A stretch of DNA of 64,000 nucleotides from NCBI RefSeq assembly GCF_009914755.1, contig NC_060925.1; one strand, written 5' to 3'. This stretch comes from the human T2T-CHM13v2.0 reference genome, Homo sapiens. Both the position numbers and the translations under genes were made by a program. Shown piece after piece: positions 1 through 14,600 of this stretch (position 1 is the first letter of the stretch; each line of letters opens with the position of its first letter). Under the pieces are notes generated by a model. It was given only the letters and a program-made list of their open reading frames with translations, made no database searches and had not been told where the DNA came from.

Positions 1-2056
1 TTAAGCTCGATATAGTCATAAATTTGTACTCCAAGCCCTCATTGACTTCAATAGGGCTTGGACTTGTGGAATGATTGCAGATCAAGGCATTTTGATATAA
101 TGTAATTTTTTAAGTAGCTTTTTTTCCATAAGGAGAAACATGCTGCGAATAGCAAACTACCTGCACAGCATACACACAGCAGTCAGTAATCCTGGTCCTT
201 GTCAAAATATTTTCTGTTCATATGTAAGTATTGACTGTGGTGAGAGACTTAAAATGACTTTAAGGAAAATCTCTGTGGTCACACTCTACTCCCTATTCAC
301 ATAACACAATTTGAGGAACTTCATTAAAATCCATTCTTATAGAACCACCCTTGCATGCTTTATTACAGTAAACTAGCTATCAATTGGACTATTGACGTTC
401 CACGTATGCAAATCATAGTATCTTTTCCATTATTTTAAAATGCTTTTGTTTCTAAATGAAGATTTATTTTGCCAGTTGATCACAGAATGAGCATGCACAA
501 TAAATCATGAAGAGCACAGTCTGCAAATATATGTTTCAAGTTCAAGCAGCAATGATCTGCTACTTACAATCCTGAAGATAATAAACATTTTTATCCAATC
601 ATCCAGAGTCTAAAGAAATTCAAAAAAATGGAAACTCTTTGAAATATACAGGCTTTTGGGTATCAAATTACCTTTGAAACCCCCCACCCAGAAGTATCTC
701 TAACAAAATCCATTTGAAATACTGCTTCAATATTCTAAAAAATCAATAATTTAAACCACAGGTTGAACATTTTTACTGCTTCCACTGCAGACTGTCATTT
801 TTCGAAATGAAAATGCTAATGATACCGAAGGGGAAAGCACTAAGCCGAAGAGATGCATGAATGAAACGTTGGATTGGCTAGACTTGCTGGTTTGATCTCT
901 TTCTCCCTCACTCATCTGTGACAAGATGTCTTTTAAAATCAACAACTTTCATTTCAGTGTTTCTAAAAAATGCACTTCTCTGTTGTACATTACATCCTTC
1001 TCTACAGGAAGTTAAGGAATATGCTCTAGCAAGACATTTTATAGTAAATATGAATACAGAATGTAATACCAAGTAGGCTGTCTTATTTCAGTGCAACCTA
1101 TAATGTTGGGACACCTTTAAAATATTGCAGAGAGCACTGGAGAGAGGATAATCCCCTCGTACTAACGGTTTTCATATTCATACCACTGTACTAAAACACA
1201 AGCCATGAAGGAAGCCATGGAAATCCAGAGCCCAGAGGAGTTCAAATCAGAAAAAACTTTTTCATTGCCTTTGAAATTTATTTTTGTCTTTAAAGATTTA
1301 AGAAGTAAAGGTGTGAGATCAGGGTCATTGCCTTCTCCATAGGGCTCCTGGCTTTGAATTTGCTCTACCTAATACAGGATCTTGCTAGTAAACTTGGTTA
1401 ATGTCAGGTGGAGCAATTTTCATCCAAGAACTGGGAATTATGATTCATGGGATGTAAAACATCTTACTGGAGGGAAGACTAGGGAGTCATGGAGAAAACA
1501 AAACAATGATTGTCAATGAATAGCCAAACATGGTCCCATGAGCTATGGGACTCAAAAGGGAGAAAGCTGGTGCCCTAAAATAATGGAATTAAAAAGAGGC
1601 CCACAGCAAACCTTTTAACAAGTTTCTCATTTCTTTCTTAAAAACCTACAGAAACCTAAATTCTACCCGCAGCAAAATGATAGCACACAAATATTATTGA
1701 TCGATTTCTATAATGTGATAAATCACATCATTTCCATCTGGAAGCAAAAAACTCTAACAAGATAGAAGAGGGCAACTCAGTCTTTGTTGAGTATCTGCTG
1801 TGTTCAAGGAACTGAGATATGACTGTAGGGACAGACAGAAGAGAGGAATTCGAAATTATTAAAGCTCAGTTTATCCATGCAGTGGAGATTATGACATCTA
1901 CCACAGTGAGTTGCTAGTAGTAAAAGAGAAAATGTAAATTATATGGCTTTCGAAATGCTTGACAAATAATATATACACAATAACTACCCAATGCTAGTTT
2001 CACAGAGGAAAATGGACCTGGTATACAGATAACTCTAAAAAAATTTAAAATGTTTT

Positions 2057-2222
2057 AATTTTTGTTTGTTTGTTTTAAAGATAAGGTCTTGCTGTTGCCC
2101 AGGTTGGAGTGCAGAGGTGCGAGCATAGCTCACTGCATCCTCAAACTCCTGGGCTCAAGTGATCTTTCCATCTTAGCCTGCTAATTAGCTGGGACTACAG
2201 GCATGTGCCACCATGCTCAGCT
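2057..2222 (-). mobile_element. Old Alu right-arm monomer (FRAM/AluJ-like)
   Basis: T-rich tail then ggtcttgctgttgcccaggttggagtgcag…gggactacaggcatgtgccaccatg. Confidence 0.8.
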
Positions 2223-2407
2223 TAAAAAAAAGAATTTAAATTTAGCATGATAGAACTGAAAAGAGCTGATAGCTGGTTCACCTATCTCATTTTAAAAGGC
2301 TTCATAGTGTGTTAGTGGCAGATTTGCAATTTCATTGCAATTTCTGTCTTTTTCCTCTTAACACAGGCGGTTCTAGGACTCCTACAGTTTATAAGAACAC
2401 AACTTTA

Positions 2408-2607
2408 AGCCTGGGCAACATGGCAAGACCCCAAATCTATGAAAAATACAAAAATTAGCCAGGCATAGTGTCACACTCCTGTAGTCCCAGCTGCTCAGGA
2501 GGCTGAGGCGGGTGGATCTCTTGAGCCCAGGAGATCAGGCTACAGTGAGCTGTAATCATGCAACTGCACTCCAGCCTGGATGACAGAGTGAAAGTTTGTC
2601 TCAAAAA

Positions 2608-2612
<5 letters not shown>
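2408..2612 (+). mobile_element. 5'-truncated AluJ-like element
   Basis: agcctgggcaacatggcaagaccc, A-rich linker, right arm and A tail. Confidence 0.85.
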
Positions 2613-2646
<34 letters not shown>

Positions 2647-2659
2647 GCACACACACACA
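2613..2659. repeat. (CA)n microsatellite at the Alu tail
   Basis: Direct reading. Confidence 0.95.
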
Positions 2660-5484
2660 TAATTTTAAGATAAAAGAAAGCTTCCAGGGTGGGTCACATC
2701 TAAGCCGGCTCCTGAGGATGAATTGTATTCTCAAAAGTCAAAATACTGGGCAGAGCTCTTCAGATACGAGCACAATGCATGCACAAGTGCTGGGGCAGAA
2801 AAGCACAAGCCATCTTCAGAGACTGTGCATGGCACCCTCAGGCAGTTTTACCTTGAGTAATGAGCGGCCTGCGCATCCATGTGCACAATCATAGTTTGTG
2901 GATTGAATAACAAAAACATCATGTGAAGTCTGAGAAATTTTATCAGGTTCCAAAGGGACAAATATTTTAAACATGTTAAGGCTTCTGTTATTGTGTCTCC
3001 TTTATGGGAAGAGGTTGGTGGGAGGAATTAAGACTAAGAGAAAGTTAAGATGAGAGAGGGCATTGTAGGCATGCTAAGATTTATGGCCTTTCTCCTGCAG
3101 ATAAGCAGGAGAGAGAGAGATGTCAAAACATACTTTGGGGAGATACAGTTGGATGAAAATATGTAGATTAATTTCTGTAATGTCCAGAAAGAATACAGAA
3201 ATCAGATTTTAAGAGTTTCAGGCAGTGTCCTTTCTTTGTGCTCCCTCTTCCCTTCATTGAAAGTTAAAAGTCAAAATGTAAATACAGACTTAAAAGGGTA
3301 AATCATTCTGTTTTTCAACTTTATTCATGTGAACTCAATGTTTTAATAAATTTCTCTTCCCAAGCCACATCAAAATGGTTTGTTATATTGTTGATTTTAT
3401 TATTATTGATTATATTATTATTACATTAGCATTTGAATCTGTGAAGTGCTGTAAGACAGTTTGTTAACAATTTGTCATGACACCTCTGCTGGGTGGGAGG
3501 ATGACACACATCATTATCATTATTATTAAGATTTTCTTTTACAGCTGGTATCATGATAAATGATTTACAGATAAACATAGCAATACTCAAGTTATTTATA
3601 TCAAGTTAATTAATCATATTGATTTAACATCCTGTTCTGTTATTTAACTTTTCCCCTTTCTATGTTAGTTTTAGATCTAATTTTAGAATAATTAAATAGA
3701 ATTTGAAATTTAGAACTCTGCATTAGTACCTATATCACATCTGAAAAATTATTAACATTTTCAGATCAATTTTAATAACTGCAGGTCCTTTATTAGGTTG
3801 ACCTTTTCTTTCCAAATATTTGACATCATTATAGTTGGAGAATAAAAGTACCTATTGACAGTTTTCTTTTGATATTGAAAGGTCCTGCTTCAGTAACTGC
3901 ACAGAACATAGTAACCATGTTTTTCTCATCTTATGTTCACTTCCTTTGCAAAACAACAATAAACAGCTGGCAAGTCAGAGATACCAGAGTTTTTCCTAAC
4001 TTCTCTCTTCCCATATCTAGCCTCATGCAATCAGTCACCAGGACTGCTACTTTACTCTCTTTTATACATGTCAAATACGTTCACTTTGCTCTAGATACAA
4101 CCTTGAGCCAATATCTTTTCTTCCTTACTGTATTACACTGTAAGCTCCATGAATTTAGGGCCTTATATTCCTCTCCACTCTATCCTCAACATCCAAGCAC
4201 ATTGCCTAGAAATAATTTGTCAATGAACATGTTCATCTGCTCTCACTCTTGTGACTATTTTCTACACTATTATCAGATAATCCTCTCTAAAATGCACATC
4301 CAAGCCTGTCTTATCCTTCTTTGCATATAGTTCATTATCCTTTAAGATAAAGTTCAAACTCTCTTTGATGATCAAACAAGGGCCTTTATTATGTGGTTCC
4401 ATTCTAATTCTTATTCTCACTACATCATCCTTCCAGTGAAAGTAAACACCCATTTTTACGGGGCTTTCTTTTTCTCTCTGACTTTGCTCATGATATTCAT
4501 CTATAATGTATTCTCTATTCTTTGGACAGGCACTATGCAGGGCAACTGTTTGGTATCATCTTTTTTCCAATGGCATTCCTTGCTCTAGCTTGGTTTGGTG
4601 CTTCCTCTGTAGTTTTATAGCTCTTCGTTTCTAATTCTCTCATAGCATGTTTTCTCACGCACATCACATCTAGATTTTAGGTTCTCTGAGAACCAGGATT
4701 GTATCTTATTGTTATACAATACATGATCTATAAAAATGAACAAACAAATTACACAGAGTATAAAATACTATAAAAATACAATGCTAAGGGGGCCAAGTAT
4801 GTGGTTTAAGAGCACTCTATTGCCATCCAAATGAATTTGAACAAATCTTTTGATTAAAGAATAATTTTCATTATCTGTAAATGAAAGCTCTTAGACTCAA
4901 GCTAGATCTCAGGCAAGTCTTTTTTTAACACTCACAGTCTGTGCTATTATATCTAGAATGATAAAATTACCAAGCAGGGCAGAAGTGAGCAGGGAACGAC
5001 AATTGATTCAGACTCCTAGAGTAATGATCTTTCTCCTTGCTATCTACAGTATATTAAATGCTTTCCTTTTGGCTTCTAATTCTGTATGTTTTGCTCAAAA
5101 TTTAGCTAGGAATATTTATTCATTTCTTTGAACTATATATAAACAGTAAGAGACTACTCATTGAATATAGATGATCCTGTAACACTTTCTTCCAACGGCA
5201 AAGAACCTATATAACTAGCTATTCTTTGGAAGTTGCCTGTAACTCCAAAACTCTATTTTTAGATTTGCTATTACACCATGTTTCTAACAGAACTGGGTCA
5301 AATTGCCCCTGATGACCACACTTTCTGAATAAGGGGAAAAAAAGATGGAAAGTGGAAGCTACTTTAACTGTCAATTATATTAACCAGTTGCCACAATGAT
5401 TGTTAATAAGAATATTAAGGAAATTATTAGGCCTTCATATTTTTACTTTTTCTACTTATCAATAACACTAGGAGTCAATATCAT

Positions 5485-6190
5485 AATGGGAAACAACTTC
5501 ATACCCACTATGAAGTTTATAACAAAAAAGATGAACAACAAACAACAATGTTGGCGAGTATGTGAAGAAACTGGAAATATCATACATTGCTGGTGAGAAT
5601 GTAAATTGGGGTAGCTGCTTTGGAAAACAGTTTAGCAATTCCCAAAAAGTTAAAAATAGAGTTACCATATTACCCAGAAACTCCACTCCTAACTATATTC
5701 CAAAGGGAATTGAATATATATGTATCTCCCCTCAAAACTTACATATGAATGAAGAAATATTTATAATAGGTAAAAGTAGAAAAATACCCCATGAAGGGTT
5801 ATGAACTAATGAATGGATAAACAAGAGTGGTATATCCACAGAAAGAAATGAAGCATTACATTGATAAATGCTACAACACAGGTAAACCCTGAAATATTAT
5901 ACTAAATACATAAAAGAAACCAGACATTAAAGTCATATATTATATGATTTTGTTTATATCAAATGTACTCAATAGGTAAATCCATAGAGATAGAAAATAC
6001 ATTACTGGATTCCAGAGGCTGCGGGATGTGGGGAATGGGGAGTAACTGCTAATGGGTATGGAGTTTCTTTCTTAGGGTGATAGAAATGTTTTGAAATTAG
6101 ATAGTGATGATGGATACACATTTGTGAATATACTAAAAACCATGAAAAGTTACACTTTAAAGAATGGATTTTATACGTAAATTATAAAAA
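5485..6190 (+). mobile_element. Old L1M (L1MB/MC-like) 3' end
   Basis: gctggtgagaatgtaaattgg…tttggaaaacagtttagcaatt…gaatggataaacaa…gtaactgctaatgggtatgg…tgtgaatatactaaaaacc. Confidence 0.75.
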
Positions 6191-6338
6191 CAAATAATTC
6201 TGGAGATGAAGTTGATGGTTAAGAACACTAAATATTATATTTTCGTATTCTGAATTTTTTAAATTACAGGGATAAAGCTTTCCAAGTGGTTAAAAGAGAA
6301 ACTGTCTTTACACTAAATATACACACACAGTACTTTGC

Positions 6339-6380
6339 CTCTCTCTCTCTTTCTCTGTGTGTGTGTGTGTGTGTGTGTGT
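6339..6380. repeat. (CT)n(GT)n compound microsatellite
   Basis: Direct reading. Confidence 0.9.
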
Positions 6381-6504
6381 ACTTATTTAAAAGCCAAAGT
6401 AAAGTATTACATGAAGTTCTCAACAGATGATTGCATAAAATCATGATATACAGAATTCACTCTTGTGATGGCTATATATTAATGGAAGCCAGCTACATTT
6501 TAAA

Positions 6505-6715
6505 AATTATTTTACATTTTTTATATATTGACAAATTATAGTTGCATATATTTATGGTATACAAAGTGGTGTCATGACTTTTGAATACAATGTGGAAAGA
6601 TTAAATTAAACCATTTAACATATCACCTCAAACATATCCATCACCTCAAATATTTAACATTTTTTGTGATTAGAACATTAGAAATTTATTCTTAGTGATA
6701 ATGAACATACAATGT
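6505..6715 (-). mobile_element. L1MA-like 3' terminal fragment
   Basis: attgacaaattatagttgcatatatttatggtatacaaagtg…ttaacatatcacctca…. Confidence 0.6.
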
Positions 6716-9278
6716 ATTGAAATAGATTAAAATTTAATAGAAAACAACATTGAAATTTATTTGTAAACATAAAGAAATATTTTTTCTTAAAAGTTATGAT
6801 TTATAAAGAGTTCTTCTCTAAGACCTTAATTTCACTGATAGATCTACTTGGTATTTCTTTTATGTAAACCTTTATAACTTATAATAAATAACTTTAAAAG
6901 TTATTTTCATGAGGACTAAGATGAAAAGTTGAGTGGATCAAAATATAGATGGGTTGGAGTTACAGCACTGACCTCTATCTGATTTTTCTCCCTCAGGAGA
7001 TATATCTTTAAATAAACAATTTCTGTTTATTTAAAACAGAATATATCTTTAAATAAAACAAATTTCTGTTTGTTTAGCCTTGTATTCCTTTGGTAAATTT
7101 GGTAAATTCATTTTTCTGCTATCTTGAATAATTTGTTTATGAAGTCTTCCAAGACTTTGTAACCTATGCTTCAAATGGAATGAATATAATTTTTCTACAT
7201 TCTTGAAATAAATATTTTTATTTTACATCCATTTTTATGTCTGAGAACTAGTATTTTAGAACATTGAAAAACACCTTTTGTGTTAAAACAGTAAATATTT
7301 TCATTTACTATGCATATATCTCCAAGATTAATGCTAAGGCAAAGACATTTCAGAGACTGCATGATGTGTATTTCTCTCTATCTAAAAACATATATAGTAT
7401 ATATACAACTTCAAATTCTCCTTGGAGAACAGCGGGAACAAAAAAACATCCATATCTATCTAATCACATACAGACTTACTTACAAAAATTACTTACAAAA
7501 GAGGTGACCCTCAACACTTTTCTCAAAACAAAGGGAAATTTATTTTATTTAATAAGAAAGTCACAACAATTTTTGATACTATAATTTAATTTAGGCCTTC
7601 TTATCTCATTACAAATACAATTTTTATTTAGTAATCTAGTTTGGAAATACTGAAAAGTTTTTCAAGTTTTATTTACACAATAGTGTAAGTCAATCCAAGG
7701 GTCACTGTGAACTTGTGGTTCTTTGTTACAACTGCAACCTAATGTTCTATTCAAAGTCTTATTGCAAAATCCTCAAAATATGATGAATCTGGGTGGCAAA
7801 TGGTAATAGAGGCAATCATTTACATTCAGGTCTCTTATGAAGAGGCAATGTGTATGTACCTAACATCATCTGTAAAGGACCTATATTCTCCAATGGATTC
7901 ATTTAATTTATTTGCAGGGTGAATTTTTATGTTAGTATTTCAGCCATAGGTGACTTATTGAAATGAAAAGTTAAACTTCCTCAGCTACAAAGAACAATAA
8001 AAACAACAAAGCAAACTTCTAGAACTTTTAGTTTTAAAGGCACTCAAATTTTACAGGTAATTCATCAAACACCACTCACATCCACACAGAAATCAAATAC
8101 ATTTAATTATGTATTGAAATATTTTTTCTTACAAATTAAACTACAGGCAAAATCCAGTTGCATGACAAAACTGCATAAACAGTAAAATGAAAATGCTCTC
8201 ATTACAAATACAATTTTTACTCAGTTAAAATATCATCCAAACTTATATTTGTATCATGTCTAATATTTTTATGATTCACAGTGATATATAAATTAATAAT
8301 TAAATAATGAATTCAAAGCTCTTATTTCAAATGTCTTCTAATCAGTCATTTTGTTATCTTATATTTTCATAAAAGAGGCATTGTTTTAGATGCATGGGAT
8401 TATCGTTTTTTATTTTTTGCCAAATATATATGTTAAAAGGAGGAACTGTAGAATCATACAAGGCGTAGATTAATATAATGTGAGATAGTGTATCAGAGGT
8501 GATACATGCCATGCAAGCAGCATATTTTACATTCTGACACACATTTTAAGCCTTCTTTTACTCACGTAATTTAGGCTTCAGATGCATTTCTCAATTGCTC
8601 ACTGCAGAATAGCTGCAGAACTGAAACAAAACCTTCAGTACAAAAATGACAACCCTTTTGTTTCCACTAAATCCGTATTCTGTCATCCACTGGCAGGGAG
8701 TTTTCCAGTCATGTTCTCTGCCAGTCCTTACCAGTTTGCCAATTATACAAGCTGCTTCCCAGACATCAGACACAAATTCCACAAGACTGCTGTGCAAGCG
8801 TACCCTAATTAACCATCAGCTTAATTAGACAATTTACTGTGTAATTAGCAGGCAATTAGTCAACACCTCTCAGATCTTATTGACTGCTGTGACAGCCTTT
8901 CAGTCTTTGCACATTCCAACATTCCAATACACAACAGCGACCATGTTTCTAGCACTCTGAAACCCTGTACGACATAGTTCTGGACGGAGAAGTGGGTAAT
9001 ATTATATAACAAAGGAAAAAATCAATATGGAGCCTGTCCAATTACTGAACTGTTTATAAACTTGTCTTTTATTTAATACCAGAAGTCTAACATTAAAACT
9101 ACTTTAATATCTGCTTCAAAATGGTTATAGAGCCAACTTCTTAATATGTTCTATTTCATGTTTTAATGTAAAACACTTTAAATTTACTATGAATTATACC
9201 CCCGATTGGCTCTGCCTATAGTAACTTGAGTAAATTTTCAATCAGTGTATCAGAGATCTACTCAATTAAATCCAATTA

Positions 9279-9571
<293 letters not shown>

Positions 9572-11169
9572 TCTTACTCATGTTAATAGCAGTTGTAGAC
9601 ACAAATCCTACAAACACTGATAAAAAGTGCTCTGGGGTAGGGAAGCGTTTTTTAGTTTTCTTTGAGTCAGCTACGAAGAAATCACACCTCAGCATTTTAA
9701 TGTTTACATTAACACTTTACATGAGTTACATGATTTTAACATTTAAATTAACACATTAATTTTACATAGAAAAGCATGTTTACAAATGTATTCCTCTGAG
9801 GTCATGTATATGTCATATAATACCCACTGCTCTTTGTAATGCAATTTCTGACCTATATAAAATATTTTCCATTATCTCGAGATTTCATGACTTGTAACTA
9901 ATGAGATCCCAACAACTGTAACAAAGAATGATCCTTTATCGCTTTTCTTTCAGAAATATTACAGAAGAGGATAAATTTTATTGAATGATTTAAAAGTCAT
10001 AAGATCTTCTGTTAACCAAAAAGAACAGGAGGAAAGAATTTGTGACCACTCCTTCATAGTTTAATTGGTTAACTGCCACATACATTTTCTAACACCTGAT
10101 AAACTTCCATAAGTATAAAACCACTATGACAACATAATTATTTCTGCATTATCTAAACTTTGCCATTAGCAGCAATTTTCTTTTTCTTCTTTTTGAATGT
10201 AAGGGCCTGAAAATTACCAGCAAGAACAGTTATTGAAAGGCCACAGGTTGGAGGAATCTAGAGAAGTCCATTGTGGCCTTATTGGTACCAGGTAAAGTAG
10301 AATGAGATGAGGACCGAGAGACAGGCAGGAGCTGTTTGCTGACATGATTTGTACAAAGATTCTGGATTTTATTTTAAGGGCTAAGAGAAGCCATTGAAAT
10401 GTTTTAAGCAAACAGCCACGATCTGATTTAAGATGTCAAAGTCCACTCTGACGGTGGTGTGGAGGCCGGAATTTAGGATAAGAGTAGAAGCAGCAAGACT
10501 CTTTTAGGAAGCTGGTATACTATTCTGTGAGAAATGATGGGGGCTGTGATGTGGGTGGTACCAGTGGAGATGGGAAGTGACTTTCTACCCTTTAATAACT
10601 GATCACATAACTATTAATGTTTTAGTCTGGCATACAGATTATGGTAATAAGAATTATAACTTTTATTGACAGGGTATTTTACATGTTACTAATCATTTTA
10701 ATATATTTATTTAAAAAAAATTCAATCTAAGCCTCACTAGAATACTGTAAAAAGGCAGAGCAGGTATTATGGTCTATTTTGTAATTCAACATGTGGAAGT
10801 TTAGATAAGTTAACTAATTTATTAACAGTCAAATTACTTACAGAAGAGGTAACCCTCAACACTTTTCTCAAAACAAAGGGAGACAACTGTAACGTTTCAA
10901 TAATAACTAGTATGATTCACTGTGAAAACCATAATTTAAAACTTAAGAGTATATTGTGCCTCTCTAGCCTTCTGCATGCAAGCTTGTTTTTCTCTTTTCA
11001 TATTATAATACTTAATAAGATAATATTTGTATACATTTTATTTACCTGTGGATCTCTGTTGTCTATACAATATTTCTCTTTATATTGATCAACAGGAGAT
11101 GTCCAAAAATCACACCAATGTTTGTTTATTCCCCCCATTTAAAAGCCATATACTAAGTGGCTGCCTACC

Positions 11170-11612
11170 TTATGCTGAGTATTGTAAAAGATCCAAATAT
11201 CTTTGTGGCAATCTCACGTAACTCCAACTATCAGGAGTATAACTGAGCAAGGACCCCAGCTGCTGTGCTGTGAATGAATCCACTCCTGGATTTTCACTGC
11301 AGCCATGCTTCCTGTGGCTTAGCCAATGACTGAGCAGGGCAGAGATACTAAGCAGGCCCCTTCCTGAGAGACATGAAGACTCTAGATGGCTTTGTCGAAG
11401 CTTTCTCAGTCTGCAAGGCACTCTATGATGCTCCTACTCAACCTTTCTTTCTTCTCTCCCCAATGTATGGCTTGACTTCTATTGCTGTCTTATGGCTCTC
11501 CCAGTCCTCCTCAACACCCTCCATATTGTCTCCCACAATTATTTCACCTAATCAAATCCATGCATGTTTAATCACATCTTGGCAACGGTTTCTTGGAAGA
11601 TCTGGACTAAAA
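11170..11612 (+). mobile_element. Old ERVL solo LTR (LTR16-like)
   Basis: The 3' end …aatcaaatccatgcatgtttaatcacatcttggcaacggtttcttggaagatctggactaaaac resembles ERVL LTR termini; the 5' limit is approximate. Confidence 0.45.
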
Positions 11613-14600
11613 CCTGCTGCCATATTAAAAAAATTAAATGTTACTGACAAAATCCAGAAAAAAAAATCTCTATATGCAAATAGTTGTATGAAATGTAAGG
11701 GTTTTTAAATAATGCATTTTCATATACTAAATGTCCATAAGTAAAATTCAATATGGATATTATTAATGCAACAGAATATTAAAATATACATTTTGGCTGA
11801 GACCTTAAGGGGCATTGAGATAAATCACAAAAATAAATTTTTCCCTTACAGAAATGTTCAAGTAGATAACAAAAATCTGCTTAGGGAACTCTTACACCCT
11901 TCACTCCAATATGGAAACAAAATGTTAACAAAAAGTTAGGGATGGATGTTGGAGATTATGACATGGTTTCTTTGGAGCATGCTTCTGGGATTATATGAGT
12001 CCCACTGTCATCCCAAATCCTGAGAGACAGCTTTTAAAAGGGACCCTTCAGAGCACTTTATATGTGTTCCCCGCAGTTTTATTTTCTTTTTTGGAGGTTG
12101 GTGCACCGTATACAGTGTCCCACTCTGCTTGATATATCGAAAAGGTCTGAGTTGTCTGTTGCTAAAAGATGAGCTAAAAGAGATGCAACTGTACAGCAAC
12201 TAGCCTATATTCCTAGAATTTGTCAGGGGAAAGGAAATGTAAGATTTTCCTGTGGACCAATTAAGGGACCCATATTTAAATAAGTAATGTGAAGTCACCT
12301 TAAGCTCTGTTCAATATGGTCCCTTGGAAAGGCAAATGTGTTGCAGCAGAGAAAAGCTAAGTTACTCAATAGCTTCCTAGGAGTTTCCTAGAGAGCAAGC
12401 TATGACCAAAGATTCAAAAGCACCATAGGGAAGAGTTCCCAAGTGATGGGAAGTATTTTTGAAGAATGCTTGGAGGTACCCATTAGATAAACGTTAGTCT
12501 AAACAAAAGTATGTCTCCTAAAGAGGAATATTATAGCTGTACAAAATTATATTTAGCCATGAAAGTGAAAATACTCTTCAAGAGGTAATAATATTTATCA
12601 ATTTAAAATTCATTATATTGCTGAACAATGTATTACATTGCAAAATAAAACTGGTTGATAAGAGGAGGGAGGTAGTCAGTCAGCAGGTTCCCTTTGCAGG
12701 GCCTGGTGGTCACGAGATCTGATCTCCAAAGGCTTCCATTCAGGAAAGGGGCCGGGGGGTGGGGTGGAGTTTAAAAGGAATCCATTCCCTCTTGTGTCCA
12801 TTGAGTAAAATTCTATAAGAGCTCAGACAATGGAGAGAAGATAACCATTGATTAATGTAGCTCCAGGGGACTTGGGTGGTCATTGGCCTTTTAATATTTG
12901 AAGAACAATAAATGTCTCCTTACCAATAAAGAATGGTAAAATTAAGGTATAGACGATGCAAACATAAACCTGGTGATAAAACCAGTTTTGTCAGAAAAGA
13001 GAGTTTGTATGAGGAGAGAAGTGAAAGTTATTGTTGAAATGATAAACAGTAGTTGTATTATGATTAACAGTCTCTTCCAAATTGAATTATGTAATTTCTT
13101 TGCTTAAACCTCTTAACAACAGGTTCCCTGTTTATACAACAACATTTAAATTCCTAACCCCACAGGCCTTTCTCACTATCTCTACAGCTACTTATAACAT
13201 TTCATGAGACATTATGCTGCATCTTACATATGCTCGGTTCTCTCATGACCGTGACTATCCGTGTGCTATCCCTTCTCCCTAGAATAAAGACAGTTCAAAT
13301 GTGAAGAAAATAAAAAAATAAAATATTGAAAATAAAAAATTATTAAAAAATTAAAATTATAAAATAATTAAAAAAATAAAATATTGCATATTAAGTAACA
13401 TTTTAGTATTAAGTAACATTTTAGTCTAAGAATTCCTGTGGCCTTAAGTCATCTTACATCTTTTGGTGTATATATTTTCTGAACTACAGTTTAAGTTGTC
13501 TAAAGTGAATACCATACATTATACACATATACACACACACAAACACACACTCGAAAAATAGTATATATAAAAGGACATTATAAGAGCTCTCAAAATACAT
13601 CAAATCTTGCCCAGATACCTAAAAATGGTACTTTCTTTAATGACATTTTAAGCTAATTTTTCACATAAATAGAGGGTAAATTTGGCAGGATAGAAGTGAG
13701 AAACTGTTTCAGACACATGAGATATTGTAGAAAAACATGCAAATGAAGAAAGCAGGGCAGGATGAAAAGGGCAATGGGCTTAGCTGAAGTGAAAGAAGCA
13801 GATGAGGCAGTGGGGTAAGAAAAGGTAATTGGTGTGTGATAGGGCAGTTTGAGTGAATATTTAACTAACACACCAGTAACTTCCTTGAGTTAGTGACACT
13901 TTATTTCTCATGACACCTCATTTCAGAAATAGTGGTACTTGAACATTAAGCACATTGCTAGTCCTTTAGGAAAAAGGAGCATACAGCGAACTGTAATTTT
14001 ACTAAAACAGAGTCAGTCTTGTAACAAAATAGCCAATGTAGGTATGCCTTTAATAAAAATCTGACAGTAAGGTAATCATGGTATAAAGTATTTAAAATGA
14101 GTATAAAGAATATCATTACATAGTAGTTACTAGAATCTTATTAAAAAGCAATAAAGAAAATACAAAGGCAAGGAGAATATTATGGAATTCAATCCAACTA
14201 ATTTCAACCAAAGATTGTATCATCTAAACATACCCAAAATATGGAGATTTTTAACTGGTTAAATTTAAAATTCACAGAAGAATTATGTGAGACAGAATAA
14301 GGGTAAAATCAGTTTCTCAAACAGCAGGACTGTACTTTAAGGAAATTTCCATTAACCATAATTATGAGAATTTTCCATTAACCTTGACACCACTTGCTTT
14401 TTTTAAAAAAGGAAACTGAATAAGAGGTACTTTCCATTACAAGTTAGATTCATCTACCAGCTAACCCAGATCAAAATTGTACACGTCAATTTATATTATT
14501 AAAAAGTCTATTTGAGTTTCACTTTGTCCACTCTACCAAAATGATTAACTAATTAACAGGTGTGAAATCACAGCCTGAAATGGGAAAGTGGTGAAGATGT

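Noticed and set aside
3869-4330. 153-aa plus-strand ORF
   Set aside because: Non-ATG start, overlaps degenerate L2-like sequence, no recognisable domain.
12747-12767. G-rich run ggggccggggggtggggtgg as a G4 or promoter
   Set aside because: Only three full G-tracts, and no CpG island or other promoter context.
13306-13426. AT-only stretch and 18-bp tandem duplicate tattaagtaacattttag (similar micro-duplications near 6620, 15604, 18005, 55996)
   Set aside because: Ordinary slippage duplications, common in AT-rich introns.
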